A DNA stretch of 32,000 nt from an uncultured Lentisphaeria bacterium (GTDB taxonomy: Bacteria; Fidelibacterota; UBA8477; JABMPR01): contig CAZOBQ010000004.1 of the NCBI GenBank assembly GCA_964578155.1, positions 10,224 to 42,223 of the forward strand. Direction: 5' to 3'. The notes under the pieces were generated by a model. It saw nothing but the letters and a program-made list of their open reading frames with translations. It had not been told where the DNA came from and searched no databases. Shown here one piece after another: positions 9,701-16,442 of the stretch. Position 1 is the first letter of the stretch. Each line of letters begins with the position of its first letter. Both the position numbers and the translations under genes were made by a program.

Positions 9701-10030
9701 TGTACGACATTCTGCCCAACAGCTGGTGATCCATATATAGACAAACCACAAATACATATTTCCAATCAAAGTTTTGAAGATGCTGAAACAGGTTATCACT
9801 TCAGCAATAATACCCTTATCTACAAGCGACCTCATTATGAATCTGTGATATTTTTTGGGGGTGGATCATACCATTATAAAGCTCCAGATGCCCAAGTAAA
9901 GTTCGATGGAGTAGAGAAACAAATAGAAGTTATTGATTTGAACTCCAATACTGAGAAATTTAATACACATGAAGCTTTAGAGATGATGGTCTTGTACGAT
10001 AGCTTAAAAGACAATCCATTACTACAATAA
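6758..10030 (+). CDS. ygfK: YgfK-like multidomain Fe-S flavoprotein (annotated 'putative selenate reductase subunit YgfK' family)
   Basis: 1090 aa. It has an N-terminal DHODH/DPD-like TIM-barrel region and GltD-like Fe-S cysteines (CISAPCIDAC, CDHLCQLKC). Two Rossmann motifs are present (VIGAGPAGLSCAYFLA, IIGGGNTAMDAART). The C-terminus has 2x[4Fe-4S] ferredoxin motifs (CLLCDDYCSVCVGVCP, CNECGNCTTFCP). Confidence 0.88.
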   Translation: MSDKLYPVSIQHLIKWMMAELKIDHLFGMHKDLFFTPKNSDPFRMNRYGQMLETPVGVAAGPHTQLSQNIIAAWLCGARYMELKTVQTLDELEVSKPCIDMQDEGYNCEWSQELKLEQSLDEYLNAWIAIYILRDHFGWSSDQGPGVIFNMSVGYDLAGIMKPNVQHFMDRMENSQELLDHKLELLEPIYPNIMNLSIPARMTDSITLSTMHGCPPDEIERIATYLITERKLHTAVKLNPTLLGPEQLRQILNHDLGYDSVHVPEAAFDHDLKYPDALNLINNLQSHADETGVEFGLKLTNTLEVENHRPIFPEKESMMYLSGRALHPISINLAAKLQNEFKGKLDVSFSAGVDAINVADTLACNLRPVTTCTDVLKPGGYTRLGQYLSNLSTAMQAVEANNLNELILTKAGAEKDVSQAGLDNLTQYAEQVIHNTHYHKHSHHFDSIKTKRPLNAFDCISAPCIDACATDQNIPEYLYQTSQGNFDLAFKAIQDTNPLPGVTGNVCDHLCQLKCTRNNYDSPLLIREIKRFVTEHEIAKPNTLELNSLDLRVAVIGAGPAGLSCAYFLAKAGVAVEVFESKPFVGGMVSDAIPEFRLLNETIDLDISVLHDLGVHFHFDHPINKDQFQHLQKSHEFIFIGVGAQSALKLGIDGENLPGVLDPLDFLSEVRRGAKPDLGKNVAIIGGGNTAMDAARTALRLSEGTGNISIVYRRTQSEMPADIDEIEAALAEGITFHELVAPLSFSGTDHITHIQCQKMDLGEPDASGRRRPVPIAGETFEFQMDTVIPAIGQSISVDFLDDDGLKVDPETCATSMAKVYAGGDAVRGASSVINAIGDGQIAAKHILSHVNYPIPTIDQEPRVITITDLKKKAALREYGVEMPPALKDLSSAFPLVHRSLSKEEAIEEASRCLLCDDYCSVCVGVCPNLANLTYTAKAVTIPVQEASYIEGKLTVKDLSVFTVKQEPQILNVGDFCNECGNCTTFCPTAGDPYIDKPQIHISNQSFEDAETGYHFSNNTLIYKRPHYESVIFFGGGSYHYKAPDAQVKFDGVEKQIEVIDLNSNTEKFNTHEALEMMVLYDSLKDNPLLQ

Positions 10031-10199
10031 GGAACGCATACTGCGAAACTGGAATATTGAAATTTGTATCAATAAGTACTTGGATATGAGAGATGATATG
10101 TTGATAATAGATACACGGTTCAACAACAATCAACCCATACATAACAGACATATTCGTGGTCACCTCAACGACACGAATAGATACGAATTGAGATCGAAT

Positions 10200-10571
10200 A
10201 TGGTCAATCTTATTTACAAAGAATTATCCTACAAAATCACCGGTTTAGCGATGAAAGTACACGGTCAGCTAGGCTATGGTTTTCTTGAAAAAGTGAATGA
10301 AAATGCATTGTCAATACTGCTACGCCGGGAAGGACTAAAAGTACAAACCCAGCACCCTATTACTGTACACTTTGAAGGCGAGGTTGTTGGTCAATATTTT
10401 GCAGACATGCTGGTTGAAGATAAGATTCTTTTAGAACTTAAGGTTGCAGAGAGAATCTCATCAAGACATATGGCACAAACACTAAACTATTTAAAGGCAA
10501 CAAATTTAAAGTTGGCACTTATTCTTAACTTTGGACCAAAAAGGTTGGAGAGCCATCGTGTTGTCAATTAG
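10200..10571 (+). CDS. GxxExxY-family protein (PD-(D/E)XK nuclease fold)
   Basis: LGYGFLEKVNENAL matches the family signature region, with the Y position as N. A D...ELK nuclease-like motif is present (FADMLVEDKILLELK). Family members are about 125 aa, so ATG 10200 (MVNLIYKELSYKI) fits better than the track start at 10080. The region is locally AT-rich. Confidence 0.8.
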   Translation: MVNLIYKELSYKITGLAMKVHGQLGYGFLEKVNENALSILLRREGLKVQTQHPITVHFEGEVVGQYFADMLVEDKILLELKVAERISSRHMAQTLNYLKATNLKLALILNFGPKRLESHRVVN

Positions 10572-10700
10572 TCTTACAAATTTTTGCTCTGGCACGAATT
10601 ACACAAATGGACATGAAATCAATTATGCTTGAGTCTTACAAAACTTATTCGTGTGAATTTGTGAAGAATTCGTACAATTCGTGTCTAAATATGAAAGCCC
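10572..10700. repeat. CACGAAT/ATTCGTG-type repeats flanking the GxxExxY gene
   Basis: GTCTTACAAA is a direct repeat at 10571-10580 and 10633-10642. ACGAATT..CACAAAT (10594-10608) is inverted relative to ATTTGTG..AATTCGT (10657-10673). A related ATTCGTG/CACGAAT hairpin lies upstream at 10152-10178. Confidence 0.6.
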
Positions 10701-10707
10701 GTAATTC

Positions 10708-12102
10708 ATGAAAACAATACTCATAACGAATCCACTCCATGTTGCCACCATGAATGATGAACAAGTGGAATTCGCTGGCGGACATATCCTCATTGAGGAC
10801 GGGATCATCAAATCTATCAGTCCTGAGACCCTGAATATAAACGCTGATGAGGTCATTGACGCCAGCGGTATGCTTATTACCCCAGGATTCATTAACACCC
10901 ATCATCACCTGTACCAATCCTTGACCAGAAATATTCCTCTAATGCAAGATCAACCCCTATTCTCATGGCTAAAGAACCATTACGAGGTCTGGAGGGAGAT
11001 CACAACGGAAGCCATTCAGATCAGCACTCAGGTTGGATTATTGGAATTAATGAAGTCTGGCGTTACCACGAGTTCAGATCATTTATATCTCTTTCCCGCA
11101 CAAGCTAGTCCTGAACTGATTGATACAGAAATCGAAGCCGCAAAATCTTTGGGAATCCGTTTCCAGCCAACCCGAGGCTCAATGTCTCTGGGGAAATCAT
11201 CTGGAGGACTTCCACCTGATGATGTGGTTCAAACAGAAGAGACGATCCAGAAGGATACCGAACGCCTCATTGCTAAATACCATGATTCAAGTGATGGAGC
11301 TATGACTCGTATTTCATTAGCTCCTTGTTCTCCTTTCTCTGTCACGCCTAAACTCATGAAACAGACCGCATCTTATGCCAGGGACAACAAGCTCCAAATT
11401 CATACTCATCTGGCAGAAACCCTGGACGAAGAAAAATTCTGCGTCGACACTCTAGGACATCGCCCTGTTGGACTCATGCAAGAACTTGACTGGATGACAT
11501 CCAACTCATGGTATGCCCATGCCGTTCACCTCAATGATGCTGAGATTAAAATCATGGGCGATAATGGCGCAGGCATCTCCCACTGTCCTTCATCAAATAT
11601 GCGACTGGGCTCTGGCATAGCTCGAATCAGAGAACTACTGGATGCAGGAGTCAAAGTCAGTCTTGGAGTGGATGGAAGCGCCTCTAACGACTCTGGAGAT
11701 ATGCTTTTGGAAATGCGTAATGCGTTGCTGATTTCGCGACTTCGTGATGAACAATATTGGTTAAAAGCCAGGGATGTTCTCGCAATGGCAACCCGAGGTG
11801 GTGCTGCGGCTCTGGGACGAAATGATATCGGTGAATTGAGTATTGGTAAACAGGCTGATTTAGCACTTTTTGGCATGGGAGGAATATCCCAGTCAGGCAG
11901 CCGTTCAGATCCTTTAGCTTCTTTGATATTCACTACCCGTCATCAAGCTGTTGATTATCTTATCGTCCGAGGGAAGATTGTGATCCAACATGGAAAATCC
12001 GGGACAGATGAGGCTGAGTTAGCTTCCCAGCAAAACAACATTGCAAATTCAATGCTTCAGCGCGCCGAAGAGCACTCGGGCATAAACTTTAAGAATCGTT
12101 AG
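10708..12102 (+). CDS. Amidohydrolase-superfamily deaminase, 8-oxoguanine deaminase / AtzB / SsnA-like (COG0402)
   Basis: 464 aa with metal-ligand motifs INTHHHLYQSLTR, HTHLAE, HAVH and GVDGSASND. It occupies the ssnA position between ygfK and the FAD subunit. Confidence 0.82.
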   Translation: MKTILITNPLHVATMNDEQVEFAGGHILIEDGIIKSISPETLNINADEVIDASGMLITPGFINTHHHLYQSLTRNIPLMQDQPLFSWLKNHYEVWREITTEAIQISTQVGLLELMKSGVTTSSDHLYLFPAQASPELIDTEIEAAKSLGIRFQPTRGSMSLGKSSGGLPPDDVVQTEETIQKDTERLIAKYHDSSDGAMTRISLAPCSPFSVTPKLMKQTASYARDNKLQIHTHLAETLDEEKFCVDTLGHRPVGLMQELDWMTSNSWYAHAVHLNDAEIKIMGDNGAGISHCPSSNMRLGSGIARIRELLDAGVKVSLGVDGSASNDSGDMLLEMRNALLISRLRDEQYWLKARDVLAMATRGGAAALGRNDIGELSIGKQADLALFGMGGISQSGSRSDPLASLIFTTRHQAVDYLIVRGKIVIQHGKSGTDEAELASQQNNIANSMLQRAEEHSGINFKNR

Positions 12103-12109
12103 GTGTTTT

Positions 12110-12844
12110 ATGTGGTCATCAATTGAACAAATCATTAAACCGGAGAGTTTTGAAGAAGCTCTTGTTCTTCAGGAGGACTCAAGTTCCACCCTATTTGCTG
12201 GTGGATCCTATGTGGTAGCAAAAAAAGACCTCCGCATACAAACCTTGCTGGATATCAATCACCTGTTATCAGATTCCATGGAGAATCTCGACGATGGACT
12301 ACACTTAGGCTCTGGTATCACTCTCCAGCAAATGCTTACAACAGAGAACGAAACTTTATCTAAAGCCATAAAATCATCCTGCCCGTCCAAAAACATTCGG
12401 AATCAAAGAACACTTGGTGGCGAAATTGCCGAGTCTCGCCCTGACTCTGATCTGCTGGTTTATCTCAATGCAGCTGGGACCATGCTACAACTCAATGACA
12501 CTGATACATTTGTTTCATTAAATAACTGGCCCGGCCAGGGAGTCATTACAAGGGTTCACATTCCAAAGGGGAATATTAAGATAGAGCGAGTCGCCGTTTT
12601 AGATTCAGCACCTGCATTTGTTATTGCAGCTCTCCTAGAATCCAGCGAACGTTTGATTCTTGCAGTCGGTGGAAAGTCCAGCAGGATCTGTACTTGTGAG
12701 ACTCCAACCCCACCCGGAGAAGCTGATATACGCCATTTTATGGATGAGGTTGAATCTATCTTTGTAGATGATCACCTGGGCTCGTCCGCATATAAACGTC
12801 AACTGGTTTCAAACCTATTTCATGAAATATCTATTACACTATGA
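12110..12844 (+). CDS. FAD-binding subunit, YgfM-like (copy 2)
   Basis: 244 aa with a divergent FAD_binding_5-like N-terminus (LFAGGSYVV, RTLGGEIAES). Its position and size match E. coli ygfM, and it overlaps the next gene by 4 nt. Confidence 0.75.
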   Translation: MWSSIEQIIKPESFEEALVLQEDSSSTLFAGGSYVVAKKDLRIQTLLDINHLLSDSMENLDDGLHLGSGITLQQMLTTENETLSKAIKSSCPSKNIRNQRTLGGEIAESRPDSDLLVYLNAAGTMLQLNDTDTFVSLNNWPGQGVITRVHIPKGNIKIERVAVLDSAPAFVIAALLESSERLILAVGGKSSRICTCETPTPPGEADIRHFMDEVESIFVDDHLGSSAYKRQLVSNLFHEISITL

Positions 12845-13311
12845 AAATTACATTTGAACTAAACGGTAAATTACATCATGCAGATGCAAAGGCAGGCATG
12901 ACTCTTCTGGAGTACCTTCGGAGTATCCAACTTTACAGCGTTAAATATGGGTGCGACCATGGAGAATGTGGGGCTTGTACTGTCCTCATCAATGATGTAG
13001 CTATCAATGCCTGTCTGACCTTAATGCATACTGTTGAAGGTAAGCGAATCGAAACGACAGAAACCTTTTCGTCCCACGAAGAACTTCACAGCCTGCAAGA
13101 GGGCTTTCTTCATGCAGGAGCCGCTCAGTGTGGGTTTTGCACACCGGGAATGATTAATTCCCTAGAGGCTTTAGATCGTGAAGGACTTGAAGTTAATGAA
13201 ACTGCGGTCCGTGACGCTTTAAATGGGAATCTTTGCCGCTGTACCGGTTATCTAAAACCGGTAGAGGCTGCCCTTGAGGTTTTGTCTAAGGACAAGGGGG
13301 CAAAATCATGA
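12841..13311 (+). CDS. [2Fe-2S]-binding small subunit of the xanthine dehydrogenase family (copy 2)
   Basis: 156 aa with CDHGECGACTV, QCGFCTPGM and CRCTGY motifs. It has 4-nt overlaps with both neighbouring genes. Confidence 0.9.
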   Translation: MKITFELNGKLHHADAKAGMTLLEYLRSIQLYSVKYGCDHGECGACTVLINDVAINACLTLMHTVEGKRIETTETFSSHEELHSLQEGFLHAGAAQCGFCTPGMINSLEALDREGLEVNETAVRDALNGNLCRCTGYLKPVEAALEVLSKDKGAKS

Positions 13312-15587
13312 AGGTGATTGGGAAAGATGTCCAAAGAGTTGATGGACGTAGTCTGGTAAGAGGAAAACCTGTTTTTTCTGATGACATTCAGCTTAAGGAT
13401 GTCCTATATGTGAAAATTTTACATAGTCCAGTTGCTCATGCAAAAATTATAAAAATAGATACTACCAAAGCCGAAGCTCTGGAAGGAGTCATTGCTGTTT
13501 TCACCTACAAAGATTTCAAGCCTCACTACTATACAACGGCAGGGCAGGGCTACCCCGAACCGGGACCAAGGGATATGCTCATTCTCGATTCCACTGTGCG
13601 ATATGTCGGTGACCGTGTGGCTTTTGTTGCTGCTGAATCTGTGTCAATCGCTGCAAAAGCACTTGAGCTTATCCATGTAGAGTATGATGAGTTACCCTGT
13701 ATTTTTGATGCTCAGAAATCCATGACGGCAGGCTTTGCCATACACCCTACTGAGGGTACAACTGGGATTCATGATGTCGCGCATAATATTGCTGCTCATC
13801 TAGATGCTGAGTTAGGAGATGTTGAAACTGCCCTGAAAGATTCGACCCACGTATTCCAGGGAACCTATAGCACACCCTTTGTTCAGATGGCCCATATTGA
13901 ACCCCATATTTCGCTTACCTGGTTAGATAACAATAACCGGCTCGTGATCAGAACGTCTACTCAAGTACCCCATCACGTTCGTCGCATTGTTGCTGAAGTT
14001 TTAGATATTCCAATTGCCCGTATCCGCGTTATCAAACCTCGGATCGGTGGAGGATTTGGTGGTAAACAAGAGATCCTCAATGAAGAAGTTGTCGGAGCAG
14101 TTACCCTCAAAACTGGACGACCGGCTCGTATAGAATATACCCGTGAAGAAGAACTCTTTGCTGCCCGCGTTAGACACCCTGAGCTGATCACCTTTCGACT
14201 GGGTTTTGATAATGATCACCTGCTTACTGCCATTGACCTGAATATTCTTGAAGATTGTGGCGCCTATGGGCCACATGCGTTGACCGTCATGTCTGTAACA
14301 TCACAAAAAGCACTCAGTATGTATAAGGCACCCAATATTCGAGTAAATGGAGATGGCGTATATACCAATCTGCCAATTGGTGGTGCTTACCGTGGTTATG
14401 GCGCACCTCAGGCCTTTTTTCCCTTGGAAAGTCTTATGGATGAAGCAGCCGAGAAACTTGGAGTTGATCCCATAGAACTACGTCTCAAAAATGTTTTTCA
14501 AGTCGGCGATGATGTACCCATTGCAAAGATTTTGGGTGAAGGTCGAGAAGGTTTTCCAATGGTGCTCTATAGCACCGAGATCGCTGCCTGCTTAAACGAA
14601 GGACGCAAACTTAGCAACTGGGATAAGCTTAAAGCTCAAAAACAATCCGGTCGCTATCGAACAGGTATTGGAGTAGCCATAGCAGGTCAAGGATCTGGAA
14701 TTCCCGGAATTGATATGGGTGCCGCTTTTATCAAAATGAATGAAGATGCCAGTTTTAATCTTCAAGTGGGTGCTACTGACCTGGGAACCGGCTCAGACAC
14801 GGCACTGGCGCAAATTGCTGCAGAAGTTTTAAATGTTGGCGTGGAAAAAATAATCGTCTATTCATCTGACACGGATATGACGCCATTTGATACAGGCGCT
14901 TATGCTTCAAGTACAACTTATATCTCTGGAACCGCCGTTTTGAAGGCGGCTGAAACCTGTAAAGCCATGATTCTAGTCCAAGGCAAGAAACTATTACAGG
15001 TCGATGATGCAAAGATTGTAAACATGGATGTTGTCGCAGCTGATGGTCAAAGTATCTCCTATGCTGATATCTGTATGAAAAGCTTTTACACTGAAGAACA
15101 AGTACAAATCATGGGTACAGCCTCTCATTTGAGTTATGATTCCCCTCCACCTTTTAATGCAACTTTCGCAGAAGTTGAAGTAGACACACTCACGGGTACC
15201 ACGCGTGTGGTCAAGGTGGTTTCCGTCACTGATGCTGGTCAGATCATTAATCCAAAAATGGCTGAAGGTCAGGTTGAAGGTGCCATCCCTCAATCTCTGG
15301 GTATGGCTCTAACTGAATTCATGCCTTTTGATGAAAAGGGTCGGTTCTTGAATCTTGATTTCAATAGTTATCATATTTACACCGCCCAGGACATGCCTGA
15401 GATGGTTGTTCGTTTTGCTAAATCTCATGAACCAACCGGTCCCTATGGTGCTAAAGCAGTAGCGGAGATTCCTATCAATGCCCCAGCACCGGCCGTAACC
15501 AATGCAATTTATAATGCGGTTGGTGTTCGCATTAGACACCTGCCAGTTCAACCTGAAGAACTCCTGGCAAAAATCCAAGGGGATTAG
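13308..15587 (+). CDS. Molybdopterin-binding large subunit of a xanthine dehydrogenase / purine hydroxylase family enzyme
   Basis: 759 aa with RIGGGFGGKQE, AYRGYGAPQ and C-terminal GAKAVAEIP motifs typical of the xanthine oxidase family. Confidence 0.9.
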   Translation: MKVIGKDVQRVDGRSLVRGKPVFSDDIQLKDVLYVKILHSPVAHAKIIKIDTTKAEALEGVIAVFTYKDFKPHYYTTAGQGYPEPGPRDMLILDSTVRYVGDRVAFVAAESVSIAAKALELIHVEYDELPCIFDAQKSMTAGFAIHPTEGTTGIHDVAHNIAAHLDAELGDVETALKDSTHVFQGTYSTPFVQMAHIEPHISLTWLDNNNRLVIRTSTQVPHHVRRIVAEVLDIPIARIRVIKPRIGGGFGGKQEILNEEVVGAVTLKTGRPARIEYTREEELFAARVRHPELITFRLGFDNDHLLTAIDLNILEDCGAYGPHALTVMSVTSQKALSMYKAPNIRVNGDGVYTNLPIGGAYRGYGAPQAFFPLESLMDEAAEKLGVDPIELRLKNVFQVGDDVPIAKILGEGREGFPMVLYSTEIAACLNEGRKLSNWDKLKAQKQSGRYRTGIGVAIAGQGSGIPGIDMGAAFIKMNEDASFNLQVGATDLGTGSDTALAQIAAEVLNVGVEKIIVYSSDTDMTPFDTGAYASSTTYISGTAVLKAAETCKAMILVQGKKLLQVDDAKIVNMDVVAADGQSISYADICMKSFYTEEQVQIMGTASHLSYDSPPPFNATFAEVEVDTLTGTTRVVKVVSVTDAGQIINPKMAEGQVEGAIPQSLGMALTEFMPFDEKGRFLNLDFNSYHIYTAQDMPEMVVRFAKSHEPTGPYGAKAVAEIPINAPAPAVTNAIYNAVGVRIRHLPVQPEELLAKIQGD

Positions 15588-15589
15588 AG

Positions 15590-16162
15590 ATGAGTGAATC
15601 AGTCCTGCGCTGTGGATGGGTCCCCCTCAACAAACCCACTTATGTAAAATATCACGATGAAGAATGGGGAGTTCCTGTTTATGATGATCTTAAAATGTTT
15701 GAGTTCCTGGTCTTGGAGTCATTTCAGGCCGGCTTGAGTTGGGAGATTGTCCTGAACAAACGCGATAATTTCCGGGCAGGTTTTGCTCATTTTGATTTTG
15801 CTAAAGTTGCTAAGTTTGGAGAAGACAAGGTTCAAGAGTTACTCCAAGACAAGGGCATCGTCCGCAATCAACTCAAGATTCGAGCTGCTATCAATAATGC
15901 TCAACGCTACTTAGAGGTGATCGAAGAATTTGGTAGCTTCTGTGATTATTTTTGGGGTTTTACTTCTGGAAAGCCAATCATAAATAGCTTTAAAACATTG
16001 GCTGAGATTCCCGCGAATACCCCGTTGTCAGATACAATAGCCAAAGACTTGAAAAAACGTGGTTTTAAATTCTTGGGAACCACTGTGATTTACGCCCACA
16101 TGCAAGCCATTGGAATGGTTAATGATCATCTGGAGGAGTGTTTCCGATATAAGGAAGTGTAA
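15590..16162 (+). CDS. tag: DNA-3-methyladenine glycosylase I
   Basis: 190 aa, clearly collinear with E. coli Tag (RCGWV, YHDEEWGVP, QAGLSW, KKRGFKFLGTT, NDHLEEC zinc ligands). ATG lies 2 nt after the Mo-subunit stop. Confidence 0.92.
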   Translation: MSESVLRCGWVPLNKPTYVKYHDEEWGVPVYDDLKMFEFLVLESFQAGLSWEIVLNKRDNFRAGFAHFDFAKVAKFGEDKVQELLQDKGIVRNQLKIRAAINNAQRYLEVIEEFGSFCDYFWGFTSGKPIINSFKTLAEIPANTPLSDTIAKDLKKRGFKFLGTTVIYAHMQAIGMVNDHLEECFRYKEV

Positions 16163-16176
16163 CTATTTTTTGGACG

Positions 16177-16233
16177 TTGAGGCTCTCGAAACGTTCACTG
16201 TCAGACAATAATCCTTGGCTTCGAGAACCTCAG
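16177..16233. terminator. Large hairpin between convergent tag and cyd operons (possible bidirectional terminator or repeat remnant)
   Basis: TGAGGCTCTCGAA pairs with TTCGAGAACCTCA over 13 bp with one mismatch and a 29-nt loop. There is no clear U-tract. Confidence 0.3.
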
Positions 16234-16340
16234 CCATCGTTCAGGTTCCCTCTTGAAAAATCAAAGTTTCAATGATATCTGCCCTCGAGGCTCGGTAAAG
16301 CGAGGCCCAGGGAAGCTGGTTCACTCTGGAGTCTTATCGT

Positions 16341-16433
16341 CTAATAAAGGCCTGTTTTCTTTAAGAGAAAGACAGCAAGATTATAGGATGCGATGATCAC
16401 AAGCACCCAGGATATCATTAGAATACTGTTCAT
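16341..16433 (-). CDS. Candidate small single-TM protein downstream of cydB (CydX-like accessory subunit candidate)
   Basis: 30 codons: MNSILMISWVLVIIASYNLAVFLLKKTGLY. ATG lies 9 nt after the cydB stop, with GAGG 6 nt upstream. A hydrophobic helix is followed by KK. It is below the ORF-track length cut-off. Confidence 0.45.
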   Translation of the reverse strand: MNSILMISWVLVIIASYNLAVFLLKKTGLY

Positions 16434-16442
16434 AATAAACCT

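Noticed and set aside
10080-10199. A 40-codon N-terminal extension of the GxxExxY ORF (MDMRDDML...NRYELRSN).
   Set aside because: The family is about 125 aa and begins near MVNLIYKELSYKI. The extension translates the CACGAAT-type flanking repeats (HIRGH, TNRYE), so it is most likely non-coding.
60-16162. Selenocysteine recoding (in-frame TGA) in the selenium-linked cluster.
   Set aside because: All cluster genes are uninterrupted ORFs of the expected length. There are no split ORF pairs joined by TGA, and no SECIS-like hairpin could be tied to a TGA.
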